A stretch of DNA of 64,000 nucleotides, from the NCBI RefSeq assembly GCF_001194135.2, contig NC_068990.1:92264132-92328131 (forward strand), read 5' to 3'. Shown in pieces: positions 12,894-26,699 of this stretch. Source of the DNA: Octopus bimaculoides (taxonomy: Eukaryota). Within the stretch, counting starts at the first letter, position 1. Every line of letters starts with the position of its first letter. A program made the translations under genes and the position numbers. A model generated the notes under the pieces. It ran no database searches, was not told where the DNA came from, and saw nothing but the letters and a program-made list of their open reading frames with translations.

Positions 12894-14267
12894 ATTCAAT
12901 AAATAGGTACCTAACTTACAAGGAAGAGAGTGTATGGGGGTGTTTGGGCGTTCATGCTTTTACTCAGACTGAAATTGGCTTAAGTGAAAGTCCGATGACT
13001 TCAAGTAAGAATAAAACGTTGTCATGGTCACTGCTCACTGAGAATTTAGTAAAGTTCCACATCGTTGGTTGTGTGATCGATAATTATATTAAATGTTGTG
13101 AATGTAGAGAACGTTTAACATTGTTACCAGCTATTTCATGAAGATTAATGGAACATGGAGGAAGAAATGGAGGTGGGTAAGACGTCTGCAGTGTCCCGAT
13201 AGACAACTCAGTCAAAATTCCCAACAGTGAATCACTGTTTTGTCAGTTAGACATCTTTGCCAGATCATACTTCCAACAAGGCTATTGTTCATGAATTTAT
13301 CTAATAAAAAAGCAAAAGGCAACGAATTAACTAAATATTGTGTTGCGAAATTTGGTTGTGGAAATTAAATTTGTGATAAACGGATTAAAAATAATGCTGA
13401 AAACAGTCACCAAGTAGCTATTAATTTTTAAGATTTGTCAAATTATTTTCCATATTTGGATTTGCAGTTGGGATTATCAAACCCCAAATTTACCCCCCGC
13501 GTTATTTCGAAGCTGAGTCATGTTAAATAGATTCGGGAACCAGATTTGCTGAAAGTTCTGCATTCATAGATTGTATCATTTCCCGTTCGTTTTAATAAAC
13601 AGGGGAACGTGAGATTTTGGTTTCTCAAATAAACTTAAAGGTCTCAGCATTGTAGAAACGTGTTGGCGTTCATACCTTTTCCAAAAGAAAAAAAAAATTA
13701 ACATTACCAACATCAGTGAATTCGACAGAGAACCGGAAATGACAAAATGAGTTTGTTGTATAAAAATGTCTCTACTCCATTTGTTGTATAAACAATAATG
13801 AGATAATTCGGCACATATAAAAGAGATCTAGCTTCGTGTAGGGTTTATCTTTGAAGAAACCATCAACGTTGCTTAGATACAAATTAAGATAAGTTGTAAT
13901 AGTTGAAGGTATGATGTTATGATTGTACCACATCATTGCCAAAGAAACTCACCACAGACAAGGCATTACATATTTCACTAAACAGACACACCCTTATAAT
14001 TATGTTGCCATCTTTTCAATTAATTTAAGATGTTTAATTCTATGAAGATTCCATATGTTTTGTATATACGTATACGTGTGTGTGTGTATATGTATGGTTT
14101 GGGTATGTGTGTACATATGTATGTGTGTATTCGTTTTTTAATGATTAAATATTAACATTGACGTAATGTTGGCCAAATTTGTGTTTTACACATCTAACTC
14201 ATAATCTCGCACCTATGGGTTATTATCACCATCATCATCATCATACATATAACCAAGACCACATTTT

Positions 14268-14270
<3 letters not shown>

Positions 14271-14326
<56 letters not shown>

Positions 14327-14343
14327 ACTACTACTACTACTAC
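14271..14343. repeat. (CTA)n(CTG)n(CTA)n trinucleotide repeat
   Basis: Direct inspection. Confidence 0.95.
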
Positions 14344-14479
14344 TCGTGTAAATCTTGTCAGTGAAATAATTTCTTTTCCATAGTATGGAAAAGTTTCCAG
14401 AATGGAGTTAAAGTCTGCCTGTGGGAGGGAAAGCTTAATACTGTAGCTGGTTACCTTGGAAGAGTGGTGTTATAGGTAC

Positions 14480-15025
14480 GGTGACGTTATGGACGTCGTG
14501 ACGTCATAGACACACAGAGACGTTATAGTCATAGTGACATCACACACAGTCTTTGTGACGTTATGGTCGTCGTCATAGTTAAAGATTTGTTGGAATGATC
14601 ATATAATTGTATCAAAACGATAAAAGCAAACAGACGTTAATTACAAAGATATTATCATCTCGGAGATGTTATATCCTTTTAGTGTGACATTCTAATAACA
14701 GTGACATTATTATTAATGATAGAAGCGTTTCTGGACGTGGGAATCGCCGAGACATTAGATTAAGAGCGACGTTAAAGTGACAATGACGTCACAATTTCAG
14801 AAACACTTAAACGTCACACAGTGACGTCATAGTGAGAACGACGTCGCATCTTCAGTAACCCTACGCATCACTCGGTGCGTTACAAGGACGGTGACATCAC
14901 AATCTCAGAAATTCCTTAGAGATATCACACTTTTCGATGACAACTATTTTATAGGAATTGATATCACACAGTGGCGTTATTGTGACAGTGACGTCATAAT
15001 CTCAGAATCTCGACAGACGTCACAC
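14480..15025. promoter_or_regulatory. cluster of CRE/ATF-type palindromes in a degenerate repeat
   Basis: Perfect TGACGTCA at 14499, 14784, 14822 and 14989, plus many TGACGTTA/TGACATCA/GACGTC variants. Function is inferred only. Confidence 0.4.
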
Positions 15026-15510
15026 TTTCAGTGACCAGCAATTTTATAGTGATATATATATAAACTGCGTTGTTGTTATTTAAATAATACAACGGTAAAA
15101 GTAATAATATATCAATGATTTAAAGAGAGAAAAAAAGAGAGTGATCTCCATGAAGCAGTATGCCATAGATCGATTCCAAATCTTAATCGGGCTCTACAAA
15201 TAGACAGAACGTGAAACACAGTTGGCAAAAAAAGGAAGGTAAGAGATTTCTCTTGAAGTTTTCTTTCTTTAAATTATAATGCAATAGAATTGGCAGCGGC
15301 TATTTTTTCCATTCGTTTCTCCTAAATATATAAAGGTTATTTTCATTTACTGTTTTTTTTTTAATATTATAAGTTATTTCACCTCTAAAATATATACAAC
15401 AGACTCTATTCTCCTGTTCGAATGTTATATTTTACATCAGTTTTTGTAAAGAGCTAAGTTATATGTTTTTGTTCAGGCATAATATCTTTACCTCTCTCTC
15501 TTTCTTTCTT

Positions 15511-15600
<90 letters not shown>

Positions 15601-16175
15601 TTCACACACGTTTATGTATATATATTTAAATATACGTGTATATAAGTAATATTTTTAGCAATAATTATAAGTAATAGAGTGACTCAAGGTCCGAGAGTTT
15701 CGTGCGTTGGCACTTTTCAAACTTAGAGGTTGAAAAACCTGTGATAATAAAAATATACATATACTCATATTTTGAGTTCTATTTTACCTGCTTGCATCAA
15801 CATACTAATATAAGATGTGTGTGTGTGTGTGTGTGCGCGCGTGCATAAGTGTATCTGAATATGTGCTTATGTGTGTGCCTATGTTACGGGAAACCTCGCC
15901 GAGATTCTATCAGCCGGCTGTTCGATTCTCTCAACCGGATCCCATTTCATTTTCCAATTGTTCCCATTTTATCTTTACTAACAGAAGACCTGGTTCTCCA
16001 CGACCTTTCTCACCTCTTTCAAATTACCAGCTTAACTTTGTCATATAAACTGGGACACCAAGTTCATTCTTCACACTTGGCGACCTGCACCCATCATCCG
16101 ATTAATGCGCCAACAGAGCTAGCTGTTCGTCCCTTTAACCCTGAGTCAAGCGTCCCCAAGACTGAAGCTCTACAT

Positions 16176-16612
16176 CAGTGGTTCTCAACCAGGGTCCACC
16201 GAAGATTTTGCAGTTAAAGTTTATGTGCAATAAGATGGTTATATTTCTACAATACACAAACTATTTAAATATTTTTTTATACAGTAAGGTGGCGAGCTGG
16301 CAGGATCGTTAGCACGCCGGACGAAATGCATTGCGGCATTTCGTCCGTTTTCATGTTCTGAATTCCAATTGCGCCGAGGTCGACTTTTCCTCTCGTCTTT
16401 TCGAGACCGATAAAATACATAAAAGTTGAGCACCAGGTCGATGTAATCGACTCACCGCTCCCCCGAAATTGCTGGCCTTGTGCCAAAATATGCCACCCGT
16501 ATTTACTCATAAAAACAAAAGTTTTTACAAATTGAATGGCTCTGAGGGTCCCACCCCCGGGTCAAATAGGAACCAATGGGATCCATAGGCAAAAAATGGT
16601 TGAGAACCATTC
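16176..16612. mobile_element. hAT (Charlie-like) MITE 1
   Basis: TIRs cagtggttctcaacc / ggttgagaaccattc; 8-bp TSD CTCTACAT/CTCTACAC. Confidence 0.85.
16286..16497 (+). mobile_element. SINE type M nested in MITE 1
   Basis: ggtggcgagctggcaggatcgttagcacgccgg...gaggtcgacttt...ggtcgatgtaatcgact...ggccttgtgcc. Confidence 0.85.
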
Positions 16613-16620
16613 CTCTACAC

Positions 16621-16802
16621 CAGTGGTTCCCAATCTGGGGTCCGTGGACCTCTGGTAGTCCGCAAACTAGGGGTCGATGAACTTAATTCAAAATTTCATA
16701 TACATACATACATATATACATACATACATATATACATACATAAGGATAAGCATATTAAAAGGGGGTCCGTGGGAAAACTTATTTAAATAAAAGGGACCAC
16801 TG
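16621..16802. mobile_element. hAT MITE 2
   Basis: TIRs cagtggttccc / gggaccactg; perfect 8-bp TSD CTCTACAC at 16613-16620 and 16803-16810. Confidence 0.9.
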
Positions 16803-17112
16803 CTCTACACCTGCAATATGACAGGACGACTACCTCCACTATTACTACTATAACACACAGCATCGGCAAATCAAATAACTACAGCCTACCTTTACAGTTT
16901 ACTATTAAACTGTCCTAGCTCACCGTTGTCACAAACACACGTACCATACACTCCTTGTTAAACATATTAATATTGGTAAGACTTGAATTGGCTGTGGTCC
17001 AGCATTAATAACTGGAAACGTTTTGTAGATGTTCATGCAATAAGCTTTTTATATACACAACTGGATCCCGTATCTACATGGGTCTACATTCCCTCACACA
17101 TTGGATTCCTTT

Positions 17113-17249
17113 GTATTCTTTTATTTGTTTCAGTCATTTGACTGCGGCCGTACTGGAACACCGCCTTTAGTCGAGCAAATCGACCCCAGAGCTTATTCTT
17201 TGTAAATACACTAGCATCGGTTGTCAAACGATGTTGGGGGACAAACACA

Positions 17250-17291
<42 letters not shown>
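17113..17291 (-). mobile_element. SINE type A 3' half
   Basis: Reverse complement of the tail of the 47989 element. Confidence 0.9.
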
Positions 17292-17949
17292 NNNNNNNNN
17301 NNNNNNNNNNNNNNNNNNNNNNNNNNNNNNNNNNNNNNNNNNNNNNNNNNNNNNNNNNNNNNNNNNNNNNNNNNNNNNNNNNNNNNNNNNNNNNNNNNNN
17401 NNNNNNNNNNNNNNNNNNNNNNNNNNNNNNNNNNNNNNNNNNNNNNNNNNNNNNNNNNNNNNNNNNNNNNNNNNNNNNNNNNNNNNNNNNNNNNNNNNNN
17501 NNNNNNNNNNNNNNNNNNNNNNNNNNNNNNNNNNNNNNNNNNNNNNNNNNNNNNNNNNNNNNNNNNNNNNNNNNNNNNNNNNNNNNNNNNNNNNNNNNNN
17601 NNNNNNNNNNNNNNNNNNNNNNNNNNNNNNNNNNNNNNNNNNNNNNNNNNNNNNNNNNNNNNNNNNNNNNNNNNNNNNNNNNNNNNNNNNNNNNNNNNNN
17701 NNNNNNNNNNNNNNNNNNNNTATACATACACACTCACACACACAAACATATACTTACATACATATATATGTATATATACAAATATTGGTGCATGTATGAG
17801 TGAGTAGACAAACGGAAGAAGGGCATGCAACACATTTCTTGGGAGTTACATGTATGGATCAAAACAGTTTGATTCAAACTCCTTGGTACTCTTAAGTTTT
17901 AAGCGTGATGCTAATCTTTGGTCACAGTAGTAACTATATACATATGTCT

Positions 17950-18230
17950 ATGTATGTATATCGGTTACGACGACGAGGGCTCCAGTTGATCCGATCAACG
18001 GAAGAGCCTGCCCGTTAAATTAACGTGCAAGTGGATGAACACTCCACAGACACAGACACGCGTGCCCTTCCAGTAGTTCTCGGGGATATTCAGCGTGGCA
18101 CAGAGTGTGACAAGGCTGGCCCTTTGAAATACAGGAACAACTCATTTTTTCCAGCTGAGTGGACTGGAACAATGTGAAATAAAGTGTCTTGCTCAAGGAC
18201 AAAACGGGTCGCCGGGAATTAAACTCCCAT
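17950..18230 (-). mobile_element. CORE-like SINE
   Basis: Reverse strand has gtccttgagcaagacactttatttcacattgttccagtccactcagctgg followed by a conserved tail ending in a (TA/TG) run. Confidence 0.75.
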
Positions 18231-18619
18231 GTTGTTCAGTTTCGAATATTCTCAAATGTGGATTTTAATTGAGTTCACAGCTATTCTACGTATATATATG
18301 AACACATGGCTGTGTTAGTCAATAATGTCATCTGGAAGTCACTTGGTTCCAGGTTCGCTCCCACAGACGTCTTTTTTTTTTTTACTATTGCCTCGAATTG
18401 ATCCAAACTTTGTGAATAAAAGAGGGTTGGCAGTCGCATACTAGAGTGTGTGCTGCCTGGAGCAGTCCTGGGTCTTCTGAACATAGAAAAGTGCTGATAT
18501 GAACATAGCTGGAACGCTTTTCATCATAGGTCTGCTTGATCAGAGTTGGCCCAAAGAAGTGTGAGTGAGACTTCGTTTCTGGATCATAAAGACATGCCCC
18601 GTGTCCTCTCGTCCAGACT

Positions 18620-19105
18620 GGGGCAGGGGAACGTTCACTGGCTTCAAACAGTCCGGCAAATTAGAACAGACTTCTACGTTTCTTCCCTTCAACTACTGTA
18701 ATACACTGTAACCACAGGCCAGTTGTGCAGCAAGCTCAAAGGCTGTGATTCGTTTTTCCGTGCAAATCAGTTCTTTCAGTTGCTGGTAATTCGTGTCAGT
18801 GGTCGCGGTTGGTTTTCTATTAAATGGTTTGACTTCAACGCTGATTTCCTCATCTTTAAACTTCATCTATCTGTGTACATTGCGCTCTTGTTAATGGTGT
18901 AATTTCTCTAAGCAGCCTGTAACCTTTTGCGGATGTCAGACAGTCTGCAGCCCATTTTGTCAAGAACTCAATAACAAAACGTTGCATCTGCTTGGAACCC
19001 ATTATTCACCTGCAATAACGGATAACAAGAAGAAAGTTACTGTAGAGTGCTATTTTATTAGCACATGTACTTTGAATGACTTGGCCCAATTTTGCATTAC
19101 TTTCA
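18620..19105 (-). mobile_element. mariner transposase 5' remnant
   Basis: MGSKQMQRFVIEFLTK...KFKDEEISVEVKPFNRKP...LKELICTEKRITAFELAAQL, a decayed HTH region. Confidence 0.75.
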
Positions 19106-20699
19106 AAATAACGCCTGTATTTTATTTCAGAATCTGCAAACTCACTGTGTTATCTATGTTATAATTATCTATGGCAGACACTGACTGTCAAAGGGGATTT
19201 TTCAAAATAATTTTGTTCACATTAGCGCAAACATTTCAGTGAAATACCTTAGCCCAAACTTCCTTACACATAAACAAAGTGGTAAACGATAAGTTTCCGT
19301 GAACTATTTATATTCACAATAAATAAAATTCTCGATACTTTTTTTTTAAATATTTCATAGTTGTATATCAAGCGAAAAATGATACATTTACTTCATAAAC
19401 AACCGAACTGAGCCACTAATTAAATTTCTTCATAAAAAAGTTTCAAGTAGTGGAGGGAAGTGCATTAAATTAGTCGAAATAGATTTACAGCAGAATTAAC
19501 TTCTTTTATTAACTGACGGTTTTCGTAAATCTATTGCTATTTTCATTACTTTTCTCTTTCTTCCATTTCCCCAATTATATCTTTCACCTTCTATCACACA
19601 GTCTATTTGTTGCATCTGAGAATGAAATATTCAAGGCATTTTTTTTTTCTAGTGGCGAACGAGAAAAAATTGCCAAACATAACACAAACCTTGTTTTCCC
19701 TAGCGTTGCATATGTGAATTCATTGAATGAATTCATTGTTATTTATTTCGTTTCTGTTAAATACATTACTTGAAAATCATCGACCGCGTATTTATAAGGG
19801 AAATTGGCAAATTATGACGTCAAAATAGCAATGTATCGAAATTTCTAAATGAAATATTGATCAAATGAAAAAAAATAATAAATCAAATTCATTACTTCTT
19901 TTTAATTTTCTGTATTGAAAAATCATGATTAATAGAACCTTTACAAACTTTACGAATTGTCTTGTTACATGAAAACATCGGCATAGCGTGCAACGGACAT
20001 GATAGACTGACTGACAGAAAAACATAGTTTCTTATTGTAATGTAGATTTTTCAATTATACAGTGGTGGAACCACACTTCGGAGTTCAAATCCCGCTTCAC
20101 GTTTCCTCTTTCCAGGGTCGATAGAGTAAAGTATCAAATACTCCGAGATGTGATTGGAATTGAAATAAGAAAACAGAAGACAAGATATGCGTGGACTTGT
20201 AGATTTATGGTGGGCATTGTATCATAATCAACTCCCAACGATGTGGGACGAGGGGGCATTTAAGTGGACGCTCGATTGTTAGAAATAACAGCCAAATTTC
20301 TCTACTGTCTCAAATGAAGAAGGACACATTTAACGATGTATTTACTATATAGCAGATACACTATACACAGGAAGAAAAAAAAGACAAGGTAGTCTCATAT
20401 GGAATGCGTTTGGTCATCGTTTCACTGGACCAGAACTGACTAGGAACGAAACAGTAATACCACCAACATCAACAGTCTTCCGAGGGAGCTTATATGTAGT
20501 TGCCTGACGCGCTAGTGATAGCAGCGAAAAACTCCAGTAACATGATCCTGGGTGCACTGTTCTTGAGACAAAATACACTGGGGTTACAAGTGGGGAGCCT
20601 CTGATCATGACTTTGCTTTGACAACACCGTTATTCAGAAAAGTTATAGATTCAACTAATGACTATAGCTTACAAGAATTTAAGTACTAAATACTCTTAA

Positions 20700-20887
20700 T
20701 ATTGGTTTCAAATTTTGGCACAAAGTCGGCAAGTTCGAGGTGGTGGGGTAAGTCAAGTACATCAACTCCAGTACTCAATTGGTACTCATTTTATCGACTC
20801 CGAAAGTATGAAAGGCAAATTCAACCTAGGCGGAATTTGAACTCGTAAAGACAGACGAAATGCCGCTAGGCCTTCTGCCAACTCGCC
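20700..20887 (-). mobile_element. SINE type M
   Basis: ttttatcgactccgaaagtatgaaaggcaaattcaacctaggcggaatttgaactc; head ends at ctcgcc, 20887. Confidence 0.85.
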
Positions 20888-20895
20888 AAATAAGG

Positions 20896-21060
20896 GGGCG
20901 GTGACCTGGCAGAATCGTTAGCACGCCGAGTAAAATGCTTGACTGCATTTTGTCCACCTTTACATTCTGAGTTCAAATTCTGCCTTTCATCATACAGGGG
21001 TCGATAAAATGAGTAGCCCCCGATACTTGCTGGCCTCGTGCCAGAATTTGAAACCAATAT
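20896..21060 (+). mobile_element. SINE type M
   Basis: ggcggtgacctggcagaatcgttagcacgccg...ttctgagttcaaattctgcctttcat...ggggtcgataaaatgagta. Confidence 0.85.
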
Positions 21061-21574
21061 TCCGAGGACGGCCTATTGGCAGATTCGTAAGAGCATCAGA
21101 CAGAATGCATTGCGATATTTGTCCTAGATTTCTTGTGGTTCCAGTTCAAATCCCATCGAGGTCAGCTTTACCTTCCGCCTTTTCGATAAATGAAGTATCA
21201 GTCCTGCGAACAGTTTAGTCTGTTTGTCACTGTCGGAATTCAGCAACGTCACACTGGGAGAAAAGAGTCATTGAGAACCAGTCACAATGGGATCTTTCTC
21301 TAAAATGGAAAAGAATTAAGCTATAGGCTGGAAGTTTCTGCGACAGTCCAAGGACGAACCGATGTATCTTGTGCAGAATGGAAATAGAGTTAATTATGTC
21401 AGAGAAAAGTAAAGACAATTGAATAATGTTTATGCTATCTTTCGTTTTAATGTTAATAAAATGGCCAGAATTTGAAACCAATATTCCGAGGACGGCCTAT
21501 TGGCAGATTCGTAAGAGCATCAGGCAGAATGCATTGCGATATTTGTCCTAAATTCTTGTGGTTCCAGTTCAAAT
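21040..21574 (+). repeat. ~112-bp direct repeat pair
   Basis: 21040-21151 and 21464-21574 are nearly identical. Confidence 0.9.
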
Positions 21575-22354
21575 AGCCAATGTTTAAATTAACCAAATAT
21601 AGGGAAGACTGACAACAATAAACACCCTTTTTTTGAAATTTTGCAAAAGGCTGGAACACCAAAATTCTATTTTGACGTCTTCAACGAACCATTGCGATTC
21701 ACATGCCTGCCCTACACAAAGGACGATTACATGGATATACAGATTATTTTACATAAATCAAGTATGACAACACAAAAGAAATCTTTATCTCTCCATTTGT
21801 CGACAGTGTGTGTGTATGTGTATATGTGTATGTGCGCGTGCGCGCGTTTTCGCGTGCGCGTACGATGTACATAATGGCGTACATACAGTAATTACTTCAG
21901 CTCAACGACGATTGAATCAATTTATTCCAAATGCCCAATTGTTAGTTCGTTGTGTGTAAAGCTAATTCCCATAGAAATAATGTTATAACGTTCGCATTGA
22001 TGAAATTTGACAAGAATTTTTTTAAAGCGCTGCTTTAAATAAAGAGCAGATATATAACAACAGTTTAAATATTATGATTTGATTAACTATATATTCTTTT
22101 AAATAATAATCAAATATCTCTCAATTTTTTTAAACATCACTCGATATTTTTTTTCTTTTGCCGCTTGTTATTATATGGGTTGATTAATCGCTCAATATGG
22201 CTTCGCCGCTCTATTTGCTACGTGCGTACGTGTGTCTATCAATGTATGTGTATGTGTATACACGCGCACCTGCGCGCACGCACACGCATTTAGAGAGACA
22301 GAGAGACGGACAAAGATCACACATACATACATGCACAGATACATGTATACATGC

Positions 22355-22385
<31 letters not shown>

Positions 22386-22779
22386 TGTGTGTATGTATGT
22401 GTGTGTGTGTGTGCGTATGTATGTATGTATGAATGTATGTATGCATGCGTGTATATACGTATGTTTTGTATGTATATCGATCGATGTGACGAGGTTTTTT
22501 GTTTTTTTCTTAATCTCGCCTTCAGTCTTTTTCTTTTCTTTATAAATGTCGCAATGACAGACATGACATGAAATATATTTACATCTGCAGAACCTTTCAA
22601 ATTTGAACGAAATTTGAATATAGAGACTGAAAAACCTTCAATCACTTTTCCAATATGTGTAAAGGCTTTGAGAATAAAGCCCTCAACATTTTTTCATTTT
22701 TCTTTTAAAGGTTGGTAGATTGTTTTTTGTGTGTGAATTCATTCACAATGAATTCCAAACTTTTCAAAAGCGAAAAAAA

Positions 22780-23000
22780 CAGAGGTTTCAAATTTTGGCA
22801 CAATGCTAGCAGTGTTAGAAGGAACAGGCTAATCGATTACATCGATCCCAATATTCAACTGGCACTTATTTTATCGACATTGAAAGGTCGAAAAGTAAAG
22901 TCAAACTGGGCGGATTTTGAACTCGGAACGTAATGAGCTTGCAAAAAAAAGGTCACTAGGTATTTTTGGCCGATGTGCTAACGATTCTAGCATGTGCTAA
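22780..23000 (-). mobile_element. SINE type M
   Basis: aatcgattacatcgatccc...cttattttatcgacattgaaaggtcgaaaagtaaagtcaa...gatttgaactcggaacgta. Confidence 0.8.
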
Positions 23001-23132
23001 CGCTCTAAAATAGAAACAAAGAGAATAGCAGAGAGAATATAAAAACGATATACACACACATCGCCCCAACTTACAAATTATCTGAATAATTGAAGGAACA
23101 AGTAATCTCTTACACATACACTATCGAGGTGC

Positions 23133-23164
<32 letters not shown>

Positions 23165-23749
23165 ATTTATGAATAATGTATGGCGCAAGTGACCCTAAAT
23201 ATTCTACTTCTGTTGTCTCTATTAAAAAGTCAGTGGCAATTTCCTTAGCTTTTAGATTTATGAGATTGTTTGTTGACGCCGGATTTCTTCCTCTTTCTGT
23301 TTGTTTCTTCCGTGTTTGTAATGTTATTAGATACTGGTTTGTTACATGATCTGCATCATAAAGATTTTTATCGTTTCCGAGAATACACGAATTTTCTTGA
23401 AATTAACAATGTGTAAAACGAATCTTGTATGCGAATGTGTGTATGTATGTAATATACATACATACATTCATATTGTATACATAAATACATACATATTGTG
23501 GTGGGAGTGTGTTTGTGTGAGTCTTCTGTATTTAATCATTCAAATTTTTCCTGTGAAGAAGGATTTGGTTTCTAACAAAGATACAAAACTCCATCATTGG
23601 AATGTAACGAAAACAATATCACATTTTAAAACTGAAAAAAGTCTTGCATAGCTTTACTGTTCCGCTTATAGATTGGGGATTGAACTATGAAAAGCAAGGT
23701 GTGCAGGTTCTTGTAGAGAAACTATTTGGCTATTCACACAAAAGAGAAT

Positions 23750-23900
23750 GAAAATGACCAGTAGGAGCTGCAAGAGATAGATAATGGTGATGAGGTGCCT
23801 AGATGGCACAAGGTGAGTTGAAGAATTAGTCTGCATGATTGTATGGGATAGAAAATGAGGGGAGACAGACTGCCAGAATGATTAGGATTGAAGGGTAGAG
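23750..23900 (+). mobile_element. RTE-like LINE 3' remnant
   Basis: Stop-riddled frame PRWHKVS*RISLHDCMG*KMRGRQTARM resembles the RW.GHV...W...KR.RGRP tail. Confidence 0.4.
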
Positions 23901-26699
23901 GATTAAGGAGTCGTGTGTGTATGTGTGTGTAGGAAGAAAGAGAGATAAGTTGCTTTTTCAATTCTTGCCAAAGGTAATTATAATTAAAAAGCCTCTAATT
24001 GGTTTGTACTGATGGGATCATATATTCATGTCAAAACAGTACGGGCTGCAAATATTAAGAGAGTAAATATTATAGTTGAAATGAAATGAAATGAAGTGGT
24101 GAGAAAGAATATGGTGTGTTTTAATTAACGAGGAAGACTAAATTTCTTGCAATACTTCAATTCATGCAAAAAACACAAAAAACAAAAAAAAAAAACACAG
24201 GACAACCAAAAAGAAACAAGTTAAGAACTAAAATCTCTGAAATTTGGACTAGAAACTCAAATTCCATTTGTTTTTGTTTTTTTGTTTTTTTTTTGTTACT
24301 CTGGCTTTCAATATTCCAAGGCTGATAAAATCCTAACCCATCAGACATGGTGGTCAATTTAATTGGCAAGATCCATGCCCACCAAATTTGCAGTCTTCTA
24401 CTTGGCACAATTAATATATCAACAAAGCTCCTCGTTGTGTTAGCTTATGTCCCTCTGTATTCTGAGTTCAAATTCTGCTAGGTTGATATTATTATTATCA
24501 TTATTATTACAAAGGCAATATGGTATTTAGTCATGTCTCTGTATGTTCTTAGTTCAAATCTTGTTGACAGCATCTTTCCTGAGTCAATACAAAATCCACG
24601 TGTGTCCTGTGTCTGTGTGAGAAATCATAATTATTAAAGATAGTTACTTGTTGCTTTTGTTGTTGTTTTAAAATAAAACTGAACTTCTATTTTAAATGAG
24701 TCAGTTTATATGAATAACCTTCTTTTCTTTTTTTTTTTAATATTTCAATAATGTCAAATGACATCATTGCATCAACAACAGGCGACAAATATCTCACAAT
24801 ATAATTTGCCATTTACTTTCAATTAATTTTCCTCAACTGAGGGGAAGGAAAAAAAAACAGATCGTCTTGTCAAATTTTAATATGAGGAGAGAGAGAGAGA
24901 AAGAGAGAGAGGGGGAGAAAAAAAGAGTGTGATAAAGAGATAAAAAAGAGACATGCAGACAGAGAGAAGGTTATGGAGAGAGAGAGGGAGAGACTAAAAG
25001 ACAGATAGGCATTCAGACAAATTTACTTCATTTCACAATGTTTCTGTTATGAAGATAACGGTGAAATCATATTCATTTCAAATTCTTCAACTGCATGTTT
25101 TGAATTTTTCGGAAGTGAGGAAAAGAAGAGCTTTATCTAATTGCATAGGTGCAACTAGATTTTGGTTTTCATGGAATGGTTGACTAAGACTGTTAACATC
25201 TCTCAATTACAATGTCTTCTTCAGATGTTGACATCAATCCGTCCATCCATACACACATACAAACCTACATAAATTCGTACATACGTAGATGTATGTAAAC
25301 AGGGTGAAAACAACCGATGCTCCACACTAGCAATATCTTAATTCTTTCTGTAACGAAATCAAACTACATTCAAATGAAAGAGTAGAAGAGGTTATAAATA
25401 CAATGTCTGTGGAGGTGGTGGGGGTTTTATCTCCCCGTGCATTTTGCACCAAAAAGCCAATACGACTGTTTCTCTCACAATAACTACCACCATATAGTTT
25501 ATTCTAACATAACAGTGGTTCCCAAAGTGGGTAGCATTGCCCCGCCATGGGGGCAGTGGAAAGTTCCAAGGGGGTGTTGAAGAAAAGTGGTGCAATAATG
25601 GGGTAGCGATTCATGTAAAAACAACAAAATAATGGATTCATTGTGTTATGTCTTATTTGTGGAATACAGTTGCTTTGAATTTGCTTCAGAAAGAGGTTTA
25701 CGTTTGTGATGGTTAGTTGGCCTTGTGCCAAAATTAGGAAGAATTATTAAGCATTTCCCTGCTTTTACTCATACTGAGGTGGCAGAGTTGTTAGAGCATT
25801 GGTAAAAGGCTTTGTGGCATTTCTTCCATCTCTATCATGGTCAGCTCTGCCTTTCGTTCTTCCAGGGTTGGTAAAATAAAATAAAGTTTTTACCTATTAT
25901 ATCCTATTTCTTTGCTATGGTGCCAGATAAATTTATAAAGTTGGAAATCATCCAAATTCAGAATAAAACAATTTGGGTACAGCTGTTTGGACAATTTGGC
26001 ACAACTGACAGGACATTCAGCCTGCTGTGACAACAGTATTTTTTTGATGCTGGAGGCAAACACTCACACACACACAGAGAAATATTCACGTAGAGAAACA
26101 GAAAGAGACATTACAGTTTATTAATTGAGCATAATTGACATAAACACTCTCCCTTTTCTCAAACACGTAGAGAAATATGCTCACATGAATATTTCATCAG
26201 AGAGAGAGACAGGGAGAGAGAAAGAAGGAGAGAAACATTAAAATGTCTGATGTCAAATCAATCAGCATTGGCGCCAAAATGTCTCAAACCCTCTCTGTTT
26301 TTCCAATCCCCACAGGGCTCTTCTTATGAAAAACATTGGCATGTATAACATCTCAAAACTCCAATGCATAAACAAAACCTGCTTACTACCTTTAGGGGCC
26401 AGAAAATACTTCATCACTAATCAGTCGCTAATCCTCAAGACAGTAGAAGACCTTTCATTAGAGTACTGTTCACATTTACTTGGTAATGCTGCAACTGCTA
26501 TGGATACTATTGTATCCATGGTTACATCCAAAAAGTTATTCTGTTTCTTCACTCTCTCTTATACCACATTTTATCAACCCTGAAAGGACAAAAGGCTAAG
26601 TCAACTATGGCAGATTCTGAACTCAGAGCCTAAGGACAGATGGAATGCTTTTAAGCATTTTACCCAGAATGCTAATGGTTCTGCCAAGTGATAACACTA

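Noticed and set aside
23770-23820. Apparent exon ending AAG|GTGAGT
   Set aside because: Poor acceptor, and the frame continues as a decayed RTE-like tail.
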